Assembly: GCF_032444005.1 (NCBI RefSeq)
Contig: NC_091283.1
Coordinates: forward strand, 247,628,001 to 247,692,000
Origin: Ranitomeya imitator
Taxonomy: Eukaryota
DNA: 64,000 nucleotides
Reading direction: 5' to 3'
Each line of letters starts with the position of its first letter. Position 1 is the first letter of the stretch. This document shows, one piece after another, positions 23,928 to 35,056 of the stretch. The notes beneath the pieces are model-generated. The model did no database searches. It was not told the origin of the DNA and saw only the letters and a program-made list of their open reading frames with translations. Made by a program: the position numbers and the translations under genes.

Positions 23928-26900
23928 CCCCTTAGTGACAGAGCCAATTTGGTACTTAATGACTGGGCCAATTTTTACAATTCTGACCACTGTCCCTTTA
24001 TGAGGTTATAATTCTGGAACGCCTTAACGGATCCCGCTAATTCTGAGATTGTTTTTTCTTGACATATCGTACTTCATGATAGTGGTAACATTTTTTCGAT
24101 ATTTCTAGCAATTATTCATGAAAAAAATGGAAATATGGCGAAAATTTTTAAAATTTTGCAATTTTCAAACTTTGAATTTTTATGCCCTTAAATCAGAGAG
24201 ATATGTCATGAAAAATAGTTAATAAATAACATTTCCCATATGTCTACTTTACAGCAGCACAATTTTGGAAACAATTTTTTTTTTGGTTAGGAAGTTAAAA
24301 GGGTTAAAAGTAGACCAGCAATTTCTCATTTTTAGAACAAAATTTACAAAACCATTTTTTTAGGGACCACATCACATTTAAAGTCACTTTGAGGGGTCTA
24401 TATGGCTGAAAATACGCAAACTTGACACCATTCTAAAAACTACACCTCTCAAGGTGCTCAAAACCACATTCAAGAAGTGTATTAACCCTTGACGTGCTTC
24501 ACAGCAACTGAAACAATGTGGAAGGAAAAAATTACGGCTGACGTCAGTGTCAGTTGCCGGGGCAAGTTCGCGCTTCAGCTGAGTGGAGGGAGCTTCGCTT
24601 TCGCCGCAGGAGCGCGGTCAGGTAAGAACTTCTTTTTTTTTTTATTATTGAGAGCAGCGATCCGGGGGGCCCGGGGCTGAATGCTAGACACACTGGGGGC
24701 AGAATGCTGGACACACTGGGGCAGAATGCTGGACACACTGGGGCAGAATGCTGGACACACTGGGGGCAGAATGCTGGTGGACACACTGGGGGCAGAATGC
24801 TGGTGGACACACTGGGGGCAGAATGCTGGTGGACACACTGGGGGCAGAATGCTGGACACACTGGGGGCAGAATGCTGGACACACTGGGGGTTGAATGCTG
24901 GACACACTGGGGGCAGAATGCTGGACACACTGGGGCAGAATGCTGGACACACTGGGGCAGAATGCTGGACACACTAGGGGCAGAATGCTGGAGCACTGGG
25001 GGCAGAATGATGGACACACTGGGGCAGAATGCTGGAGCACTGGGGGTTGAATGCTGGACACACTGGGGGTTGAATGCAGGACACACTGGGGCAGAATGCT
25101 GGACACACTGGGGGCAGAATGCTGGACACACTGGGGGCAGAATGCTGGACACACTGGGGGCAGAAAGCTGGACACACTGGGGGCAGAATGCTGGACACAC
25201 TGGGGCAGAATGCTGGACACACTGGGGGCAGAATGCTGGACACACCGGGGGCAGAATGCTGGATATACTGGGGGCAGAATGCTGGACACACTGGGGGCAG
25301 AATGCTGGACACACTGGGAGCAGAATGCTGGACACACTGGGGCCAGAATGCTGGACACACTGGGGGCAGAATGCTGGACACACTGGGGGCAGAATGCTGG
25401 ACACACTGGGGGCAGAATGCTGGACACACTGGGGCAGAATGCTGGACACACTGGGGCAGAATGCTGGACACACTGGGGCAGAATGCTGGACACACTGGGG
25501 TCAGAATGCTGGACACACTGGGGGCAGAATGCTGGACACACTGGGGCAAAATGCTGGACACACTGGGGGCAGAATGCTGGACACACTGGGGGCAGAATGC
25601 TGGACACACTGGGGGCAGAATGCTGGACACACAGGGGGCTGAATGCTGGACACACTGGGGGCAGAATGCTGGACACACTGGGGCAGAATGCTGGACACAC
25701 TGGGGGCAGAAAGCTGGACACACTGGGGGCAGAATGCTGGACACACTGGGGCAGAATGCTGGACACACTGGGGGCAGAATGCTGGACACACCGGGGGCAG
25801 AATGCTGGATATACTGGGGGCAGAATGCTGGACACACTGGGGGCAGAATGCTGGACACACTGGGAGCAGAATGCTGGACACACTGGGGCCAGAATGCTGG
25901 ACACACTGGGGGCAGAATGCTGGACACACTGGGGGCAGAATGCTGGACACACTGGGGGCAGAATGCTGGACACACTGGGGCAGAATGCTGGACACACTGG
26001 GGCAGAATGCTGGACACACTGGGGCAGAATGCTGGACACACTGGGGTCAGAATGCTGGACACACTGGGGGCAGAATGCTGGACACACTGGGGCAAAATGC
26101 TGGACACACTGGGGGCAGAATGCTGGACACACTGGGGGCAGAATGCTGGACACACTGGGGGCAGGACTGGAGACAGGTGGGGCAAGAATGGAGATACGGG
26201 GCATGATTGGAGACACGGGGCAGAATGAAAGACATGGGGCAGGATTGGATCATGGGGCAGGATGAATATGATGGAGACAGATGGGGCAGGATGGGGAGAT
26301 CATATGGGGCAGAATGGATACTCATGAGGGCAGGATGGGAGAACATATGGCTGAAGCCAGGAATGACAAGATAAAGATGTCGGGAGCACAACCAATATAT
26401 AAATATATAAACTAGGGTGCTACACAATGCATGGAGAATGCAAATACTGAACCAGAGAAGAAAGAGACAATGCATAAATGTGTGCACACCTATATATCAA
26501 AAATGAATAGCAACTTTATTATCAAACAAAGAAATACAAAATATAAAAACATTTAAAAACATATCCCAAAAGGATCAAAAAACGAACACACCATACTACT
26601 TAAATAATGATATACCAACAAGCCACAGCCCAAAATGTTAGAAAATGCTCATACACTGATATGCATAAATATGAATACAATCATATAAATATATACAGGC
26701 CGAGCGCTTGTGGCATAGTTAGATATCACCACACAGATCCCGATAACACGCCCATATGTTTTTGCAAGGGTAACAGGAGAAACTGGACCCCAAAAGTTGT
26801 TGTCCAATCAGTCCTGAGTACGCTGATACCCCATATGGGGGGTAAACTACTGTTTGGGCACACGGCAGAGCTCAGAAGGGAGGGAGCACCAATTCACTTT

Positions 26901-27480
26901 TTGAACGCAAAATTGACTGTCGCGTTTGGAGACTCCCTGATGTACCTAAACAGTGGAAACCCCCCAATTCTAACTCCAACCATAACCCCAACACACCCCT
27001 AACGCTAATCCCAACCCAATCCAAAACCCTAATCAAAAGCCTAACCCCAAAACACCCCTAACCCTATGGCATAACCCTAATCACAACCCTAACGCCAAAA
27101 CACCCCTAATCCCAACCCTAACCCTAATTAAATCCCTAAACCCAACACACCCCTAATCATAATCTCAACCCTAACCTCAAACCTAACCCTAATCCCAAAT
27201 GTAACCCTAATGCCAACCTTATCCCTAATACCAACCCTAACCCTAATCCAAACCCTAATCCCAACTCTAACCCTAACTTTAGCCCCAACCCTAACCCTAA
27301 GTTTAGCCCCAACCTTAACTTTAGCCCCAACCCTAGCCCTAACCCTAACTTTAGCACCAACACTAACCCTAATTGGAAAATAGAAATACATACATTTTTT
27401 TATTTTATCATTTTTTCCTAACTAAGGGGGTGATAAAGTGGGGGGGGGGTTGCTTACTAATTTTTTTATTTTGATCACTG
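23928..27480. mobile_element. Composite or truncated piggyBac-type element hosting a minisatellite and a TAACCC-like array (26975-27372)
   Basis: TTAA|CCCCTT start, with 23928-24530 homologous to 17668-18270 and 26740-27480 homologous to ~19100-19660. No right TIR seen. Confidence 0.6.
24680..26162. repeat. 22-23-bp minisatellite GGGG(G)CAGAATGCTGGACACACT, about 65 units
   Basis: Read directly. Produces the spurious 300-510 aa ORFs on both strands. Confidence 0.95.
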
Positions 27481-28023
27481 TGAGAGGATCTCACAACGTA
27501 TCATTTGCATATGTCTGAGGAAGGAGCTGGTTCACATCGGAAATGAGTAGAATGTTAAAATGAAAAGTTTGCTGTTTTTTTTACGTTCATTTGTTTTGAT
27601 AGCCAACTTTCTGGCTCAGCACTTGGCAGCTCTTTTCAAAGCCCTGATTTTTTCCTTCTTCCCATATCAGGGATTTTGGAAGCCAACATCATCATTACCC
27701 TCCGTTTTCTCATCATAATATATTTCTGCCTTGTCAGCACATTCTACGTACGCTGTCATTTGGCTTTGTAGTTCACAGATCTGGGCAGGTAACAGCGTCT
27801 CCTAAACCCAGGGGGTAGGTGGATCTACCAGGTTGTAAGTTCTATAGAAAATGGCTTTCAATGCCCAAAGTCACTTGGACAGTTTTGGGTGGAGGAGAAT
27901 GTTGTGGTCTAGAGGCAAAATGGTGATCATGGTACTACGGCTGGACTACAGCACCGATAAAGCAGCCACAGCCGGTGATGAGAAGAATCTGTGACTTCTC
28001 TGCATTTAGTGGTCACTACTCAC

Positions 28024-28114
28024 CTGGGTAGCCATATGTGGGAATCTCCTCTTTACACCACTCATCCCCCCTCACATATGTCTCTGTAGTATTAATATTG
28101 GTCAGATCTTCACC
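28024..28114 (-). CDS. ZNF-B linker exon (91 nt)
   Basis: TTTCAG|GGTGAA...TACCCAG|GTGAG encodes GEDLTNINTTETYVRGDEWCKEEIPTYGYP. Phase 0 in and phase 1 out match the flanking exons. Confidence 0.85.
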
Positions 28115-29245
28115 CTGAAACAAATATTATAAAAGTCACCGACAGATGGAGAAGTCCCATCTATGATCAGCTCCATCGTGTGTGAGGGTTAAGTAGCATA
28201 AACAGGGCTGTTTTATGTGGACATTCACAGAGCGGGTGGGAGAAGGTCCACTTTATCTCCCCTGGCAGACCTTCCAGGACCTGCATGAGGACATGATCAT
28301 GTGATCAAATCACATGATGGGGAAGTTACAGGCTTGGGTTGAAATAACCGAGCTCTACAGTCTGGGTTCAGCTAGCCTGGAGAGAGGACTCCAGAGGCTT
28401 TGTGGCTCGTTGAGTACAGACTGAACCTGTCCTGCTCCAGGGCGGGGTACCACCCGCACCATACGGACTGTGCTGCAGTTTTTTTTTTCTTTTGTTATTT
28501 TGCTCCAATTTTAGCCAAAAATTCTAAGTTTGTTTTCCCCACAACTTGGTTTATGCTGCCTTACAATAAACCAACGAGGATTTAAAGAGACAGTGTTCCT
28601 ATTTTTCCTACCTCTGTGTGCCGCCACGTGAGTGTGGGACACCCGCCAGGGCCGTGGGGTACTCGGTACTGGGTCTGGTACTTAAAGGGGATTGTTATGA
28701 AAGGTAATTCAGTACCACAATGGACATAGAGGTCAGCGCACATACAGTGACCTGGCAATAACCCAAAAAACAAGAACGAGCTCTGAGACGTGGGAACTCT
28801 GTTGACCGCAATCCCTAATCCTCACAAACCACACTAAAGGCAGCCGTGGATTGCGCCTAACGCTCCCTATGCAACTCGGCACGGCCTGAGAAACTAGCTA
28901 GCCTGAAGATAGAAAATAAGCCTACCTTGCCTCAGAGAAATACCCCAAAGGAAAAGGCAGCCCCCACATATAATGACTGTGAGTTAAGATGAAAAGACAA
29001 ACGTAGAGATGAAATAGATTTAGCAAAGTGAGGCCCAACTTTCTGAACAGAGCGAGGATAGGAAAGGTAACTTTGCGGTCAACACAAAACCCTACAAAAA
29101 CCACGCAAAGGGGGCAAAAAGACCCTCCGTACCGAACTAACGGCACGGAGGTACACCCTCTGCGTCCCAGAGCTTCCAGCAAGCAGTAAAAAACAAATTG
29201 ACAAGCTGGACAGAAAAAAACAGCAAACAAAAAGCAAAGAGGAAC

Positions 29246-32200
29246 TGTCATGATCCCAATGGCAGGGGATCACAAAAGGACAAGCACAAAAGCAAAACAA
29301 GCTCTAGGGTGATGGAACCTGAGCTGACCGCGATACTGAACCTAACACACAACTAGCTGTAGCCGGGGAATGTGCCTACGATGATTCTAGACGTCTCGCA
29401 CCAGCCGAAGAACTAACTTCCCCTATTAGAAGAAACACAGACCTCTCTTGCCTCCAGAGAAACACCCCACAGAAATTGCAGCCCCCCACATGTAATAACG
29501 GTGAAATGAGAGGAAAGCACATACGTAGTTATGAAAACAGATTCAGCAAAATGAGGCCCGCTAAAGCTAGATAGCAGAGGATACAAAAGTGAACTGCGCG
29601 GTCAGCGAAAAACCCTTCAAAAAACCATCCTGAAATTACTTGAACTCATGTGCCAACTCATGGAACATGAGGAGTAATTTCAGCCCACAAGAGCAACCAG
29701 CAACAAGAAATCAAATATATGCAAGCTGGACAAGACAAAAATAAAGCAAAACGTGGAACAGGAAAATCAAAACTTAGCTTGTCCTGAAGAATACAGAAGC
29801 GGGTAGCAGAGGTAAAAAGACACACTGATTACATTGATAGCCGGCGAGGAAATGACAAGAAAGCCAGGCTAAATAGGAAACTCCCATATCCTGATGGAAC
29901 AGGTGGACACCAGAGACCGCAGAGAACACAAGTCACCCAGTACCACCAGTAACCACCAGAGGGAGCCCAAAAACAGAACTCACAACAGTACCCCCCCCTT
30001 GAGGAGGCGTCACCGAACCCTCACGAGAACCACCAGGGCGACCAGGATGAGCCCTATGAAATGCACGGACCAAATCGGCAGCATGAACATCAGAGGCAAC
30101 CACCCAAGAATTATCCTCCTGACCATAACCCTTTCACTTGACCAAATACTGGAGCTTCCGTCTGGAAACACGAGAATCCAAGATCTTCTCCACAACATAC
30201 TCCAATTCTCCCTCCACCAGCACCGGAGCAGGAGGCTCAAGCGAAGGAACAACAGGTACCTCATACTTCCGCAACAACGACCGATGGAACACATTATGAA
30301 TAGCAAACGATGCCGGGAGATCCAAACGAAACGACACAGGGTTAAGAATTTCCAAGATCCTATAGGGACCGATGAACCGAGGCTTGAACTTAGGAGAAGA
30401 GACCTTCATAGGAACAAAACGAGAAGACAACCACACCAAGTCCCCAACACGAAGACGAGGACCCACGCGGCGACGGCGATTAGCAAAATGCTGAGCTCTC
30501 TCCTGGGACAACTTCAAATTGTCCACCACATGACTCCAAATCTGATGCAACCTATCCACCACCATGTCCACTCCAGGACAATCAGAAGGCTCCACCTGAC
30601 CAGAGGAAAAACGAGGATGAAACCCCGAATTACAAAAGAAAGGAGAAACCAAGGTAGCAGAACTAGCCCGATTATTAAGGGCAAATTCGGCAAGCGGCAA
30701 AAAGGTAACCCAGTCATCTTGATCAGCAGAAACAAAACACCTTAAATAAGTTTCTAAGGTCTGATTAGTTCGTTCAGTCTGGCCATTCGTCTGGGGATGG
30801 AATGCAGACGAAAAGGACAAATCAATGCCCATCTTAGCACAAAACGTCCGCCAAAATCTAGACACAAACTGGGATCCCCTGTCAGAAACGATGTTCTCCG
30901 GAATACCATGCAAACGAACCACGTTCTGAAAAAACAGAGGGACCAACTCAGAAGAGGAAGGTAACTTAGGCATGGGTACAAGATGAACCATTTTAGAAAA
31001 GCGGTCACACACAACCCAGATGACGGACATTTTTTGAGAGACAGGAAGATCCGAAATAAAGTCCATGGAAATGTGCGTCCAAGGCCTCTTTGGGATAGGC
31101 AAAGGTGACAACAATCCACTGGCCCGAGAACAGCAAGGCTTAGCCCGAGCGCAAACTTCACAAGACTGCACAAAAGAACGCACATCCCTCGACAAGGAAG
31201 GCCACCAAAAAGACCTGGCCACCAAGTCTCTAGTACCAAATATTCCAGGATGACCTGCCAACGCAGAAGAATGGACCTCGGAGATGACTCTACTGGTCCA
31301 ATTATCCGGAACAAACAGTCTTTCAGGCGGACAACGATCAGGTTTATCCGCCTGAAACTCCTGCAAAGCACGTCGCAAGTCTGGAGAGACAGCCGACAAA
31401 ATCACCCCATCCCTCAGGATACCAGTAGGCTCAGAATTTCCAGGGGAGTCAGGCACAAAACTCCTAGAAAGAGCATCCGCCTTCACATTCTTTGAACCTG
31501 GCAGGTATGAAACCACAAAATTGAAACGGGAGAAAAACAGTGACCAACGAGCCTGTCTAGGATTCAGACGCTTGGCAGACTCAAGGTACATCAGATTTTT
31601 GTGATCAGTAAAGACCACCACACGATGTCTAGCACCCTCAAGCCAATGACGCCACTCCTCAAATGCCCACTTCATGGCCAAAAGCTCCCGATTACCAACA
31701 TCATAATTCCGTTCAGCGGGCGAAAATTTTCTAGAAAAGAACGCACATGGCTTCATCACTGAGCCATCGGAGCTTCTCTGCGACAAAACCGCCCCCGCTC
31801 CAATCTCGGAAGCATCAACCTCAACCTGAAAAGGAAGCGACGCATCTGGCTGACGCAACACAGGAGCGGAAGAAAACCGGCGCTTAAGTTCCTGAAAGGC
31901 CTCCACAGCCGCAGGAGACCAATCCGCAACATCAGCACCCTTCTTAGTCAAATCCGTCAAAGGTTTAACAACACTAGAAAAATTAGCTATGAAACGACGA
32001 TAAAAATTAGCAAAGCCCAAGAACTTCTGTAGACTCTTGAGAGATGTAGGCTGCGTCCAGTCACAAATAGCCTGAACCTTGACGGGATCCATCTCAATAG
32101 TAGAAGGGGAAAAAATATACCCCAAAAAAGAAATCTTCTGGACTCCAAAGAGACACTTTGAACCCTTTACAAACAAAGAATTGGCCCGCAGGACCTGAAA

Positions 32201-34962
32201 CACCTTCCTGACCTGCTGAACATGGGACTCCCAGTCATCAGAAAAAAACAAAACATCATCCAAATACACGATCATAAATTTATCCAGATATTCACGGAAA
32301 ATATCGTGCATAAAGGACTGGAAGACAGAAGGAGCATTAGAAAGTCCAAAAGGCATCACCAAATACTCGAAATGGCCCTCAGGCGTATTAAATGCGGTTT
32401 TCCACTCATCACCCTGCTTTATCCGCACAAGATTATACGCACCCCGAAGATCAATCTTAGTGAACCATCTAGCCCCCTTAATGCGAGCGAACAAATCAGT
32501 CAACAATGGCAAAGGATACTGATATTTGACTGTAATCTTATTCAAAAGACGATAATCTATACAAGGCCTCAAGGAACCATCTTTCTTGGCCACGAAAAAA
32601 AAACCTGCTCCCAAAGGGGACAAAGATGGACGGATATGTCCCTTTTCCAAGGACTCCTTAACATAATTCCGCATAGCAGCATGCTCTGGCACTGACAGAT
32701 TGAACAAACGACCTTTAGGAAACTTACTGCCAGGAATCAAATCTATTGCACAATCGCAATCCCTGTGAGGAGGAAGCGAACTGAGCTTAGGCTCCTCAAA
32801 AACATCCCGATAATCAGACAAAAATACAGGAACCTCAGAAGGAGTAGATGAAGCGATAGCAATCGGAGGTGCATCATCATGAACCCCCTGACATCCCCAG
32901 CTTAACACAGACATTGTTTTCCAGTCCAGGACTGGGTTATGAGTTTGTAACCATGGCAGACCAAGCACTAAGACATCATGTAAATTATACAGTACCAGGA
33001 AGCGAATCACCTCTTGATGAACGGGAGTCATACGCATGGTCACTTGTGTCCAGTACTGAGGTTTATTCATAGCCAAAGGTGTAGAGTCAATTCCTTTCAA
33101 AGGAATAGGAACTTCCAGAGGCTCCAGACTAAACCCACAGCGATTGGCAAATGACCAATCCATAAGGCTCAGGGCAGCGCCTGAATCCACATAGGCATCG
33201 ACGGAAATGGATGATAAAGAACAAATCAGAGTCACAGACAGAATGAACTTAGACTGTAAAGTACCAATGGCAGCAGACTTATCAACCTTTTTTGTGCGTT
33301 TAGAGCATGCTGATATAACATGAGCTGAATCACCACAATAAAAACACAACCCATTTTTCCGCCTATAGTTTTGCCGTTCACTTCTGGACTGAATTCTATC
33401 ACATTGCATTGTCTCAGGTGCCTGTTCAGAAGACACCGCCAAATGGTGCACAGGTTTGCGCTCCCGTAAACGCCGATCAATCTGAATAGCCATAGTCATG
33501 GACTCATTCAGACCTGTAGGCGCCGGGAACCCCACCATAACATCTTTAATGGCCTCAGAAAGGCCATCTCTGAATTTTGCAGCCAGAGCGCGCTCATTCC
33601 ACTGAGTAAGCACTGACCATTTCCGAAATTTCTGACAATATATTTCTGCTTCATCTTGCCCCTGAGAGAGAGCCAATAAAGCTTTTTCAGCCTGAATCTC
33701 TTGGTTAGGTTCCTCATAGAGCAAACCCAATGCCAGAAAAAACGCATCCACATTAAGCAACGCAGGATCCCCTGGTGCCAATGCAAATGCCCAATTCTGA
33801 GGGTCACCCCGCAGGAAAGATATAATAATCTTGACCTGCTGAGCAGGGTCTCCAGAGGAACGAGATTTCAATGAAAGAAACAACTTGCAATTGTTCCTAA
33901 AATTCAGAAAACTAGATCTATCTCCAGAAAAAAACTCTGGGATAGGAATTCTAGGTTCAGACATAGGAGCATGTACAACAAAATCTTGTATATTTTGAAC
34001 CTTAGCAGCAAGATTATTCAGGCTGGAAGCCAAACTCTGGACGTCCATGATAAACAGCTGAGGTCGGAGCCATTCAAGGATTAAGAGGAGGATAGAAGCA
34101 GCCAGGCTGCAATTAAGGCTAGGCAGCAACCTCTGGGAGAGGAAAAAAAAAAAAAACTTCCTCAGACTACTTTTCCTCCTACTTCAGCCAATACGATTAC
34201 CACTTTTGGGCCGGCTATACTGTCATGATCCCAATGGCAGGGGATCACAAAAGGACAAGCACAAAAGCAAAACAAGCTCTAGGGTGATGGAACCTGAGCT
34301 GACCGCGATACTGAACCTAACACACAACTAGCTGTAGCTGGGGAACGTGCCTACGATGATTCTAGATGTCTCGCACCAGCCGAAGAACTAACTTCCCCTA
34401 TTAGAAGAAACACAGACCTCTCTTGCCTCCAGAGAAACACCTCACAGAAATAGCAGCCCCCCACATGTAATAACGGTGAAATGAAAGGAAAGCACATACG
34501 TAGTTATGAAAACAGATTCAGCAAAATGAGGCCCGCTAAAGCTAGATAGCAGAGGATACAAAAGTGAACTGCGCGGTCAGCGAAAAACCCTTCAAAAAAC
34601 CATCCTGAAATTACTTGAACTCATGTGCCAACTCATGGAACATGAGGAGTAATTTCAGCCCACAAGAGCAACCAGCAACAAGAAATCACATATCTGCAAG
34701 CTGGACAAGACAAAAATAAAGCAAAACGCGGAACAGGAAAATCAAAACTTAGCTTGTCCTGAAGAATACAGAAGCGGGTAGCAGAGGTAAAAAGACACAC
34801 TGATTACATTGATAGCCGGCGAGGAAATGACAAGAAAGCCAGGCTAAATAGGAAACTCCCATATCCTGACGGAACAGGTGGACACCAGAGACCGCAGAGA
34901 ACACAAGTCACCCAGTACCACCAGTAACCACCAGAGGGAGCCCAAAAACAGAACTCACAACA
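29246..34962 (-). mobile_element. Gypsy B: related chromovirus nested in the 3' LTR of Gypsy A
   Basis: 742-bp LTRs at 34221-34962 and 29246-29987. 5-bp TSD GGAAC (29241-29245/34963-34967), single-copy in the intact A LTR at 39966. PPT AAGGGGGGGGTAC. Confidence 0.96.
30134..34048 (-). CDS. Gypsy B gag-pol polyprotein (gag, CCHC, protease, RT, RNase H, integrase), stopped within the chromodomain
   Basis: CFYCGDSAHVISAC, VDSGA, YLDD, HHCC/DDE integrase and GPY motifs. Likely start MDVQSL at 34048. TGA replaces the Trp of YLVKW. Confidence 0.92.
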   Translation of the reverse strand: MDVQSLASSLNNLAAKVQNIQDFVVHAPMSEPRIPIPEFFSGDRSSFLNFRNNCKLFLSLKSRSSGDPAQQVKIIISFLRGDPQNWAFALAPGDPALLNVDAFFLALGLLYEEPNQEIQAEKALLALSQGQDEAEIYCQKFRKWSVLTQWNERALAAKFRDGLSEAIKDVMVGFPAPTGLNESMTMAIQIDRRLRERKPVHHLAVSSEQAPETMQCDRIQSRSERQNYRRKNGLCFYCGDSAHVISACSKRTKKVDKSAAIGTLQSKFILSVTLICSLSSISVDAYVDSGAALSLMDWSFANRCGFSLEPLEVPIPLKGIDSTPLAMNKPQYWTQVTMRMTPVHQEVIRFLVLYNLHDVLVLGLPWLQTHNPVLDWKTMSVLSWGCQGVHDDAPPIAIASSTPSEVPVFLSDYRDVFEEPKLSSLPPHRDCDCAIDLIPGSKFPKGRLFNLSVPEHAAMRNYVKESLEKGHIRPSLSPLGAGFFFVAKKDGSLRPCIDYRLLNKITVKYQYPLPLLTDLFARIKGARWFTKIDLRGAYNLVRIKQGDEWKTAFNTPEGHFEYLVMPFGLSNAPSVFQSFMHDIFREYLDKFMIVYLDDVLFFSDDWESHVQQVRKVFQVLRANSLFVKGSKCLFGVQKISFLGYIFSPSTIEMDPVKVQAICDWTQPTSLKSLQKFLGFANFYRRFIANFSSVVKPLTDLTKKGADVADWSPAAVEAFQELKRRFSSAPVLRQPDASLPFQVEVDASEIGAGAVLSQRSSDGSVMKPCAFFSRKFSPAERNYDVGNRELLAMKWAFEEWRHWLEGARHRVVVFTDHKNLMYLESAKRLNPRQARWSLFFSRFNFVVSYLPGSKNVKADALSRSFVPDSPGNSEPTGILRDGVILSAVSPDLRRALQEFQADKPDRCPPERLFVPDNWTSRVISEVHSSALAGHPGIFGTRDLVARSFWWPSLSRDVRSFVQSCEVCARAKPCCSRASGLLSPLPIPKRPWTHISMDFISDLPVSQKMSVIWVVCDRFSKMVHLVPMPKLPSSSELVPLFFQNVVRLHGIPENIVSDRGSQFVSRFWRTFCAKMGIDLSFSSAFHPQTNGQTERTNQTLETYLRCFVSADQDDWVTFLPLAEFALNNRASSATLVSPFFCNSGFHPRFSSGQVEPSDCPGVDMVVDRLHQIWSHVVDNLKLSQERAQHFANRRRRVGPRLRVGDLVWLSSRFVPMKVSSPKFKPRFIGPYRILEILNPVSFRLDLPASFAIHNVFHRSLLRKYEVPVVPSLEPPAPVLVEGELEYVVEKILDSRVSRRKLQYLVK

Positions 34963-35056
34963 GGAACTTAGCTATGCAGAGCAGCAGGCCACAGGAACGA
35001 TCCAGGAGGAAACAGGTCCAATACCAGAACATTGACTGGAGGCCAGGATCAAAGCA

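Noticed and set aside
24680-26162. CRISPR-like array (also considered for the 51-bp and ~380-bp repeats)
   Set aside because: Units are contiguous with no unique spacers, there are no cas genes, and the context is eukaryotic.
24550-26265. Long ORFs of 125-510 aa on both strands
   Set aside because: These are translations of the 22-23-bp minisatellite, open in several frames and on both strands, with no domain content.
34080-34129. ORF-track start sites for the Gypsy polyproteins (34129 and 39109)
   Set aside because: Comparison of A and B indicates the real gag starts are at 34048 and 39285; the track uses upstream or post-frameshift non-ATG starts.
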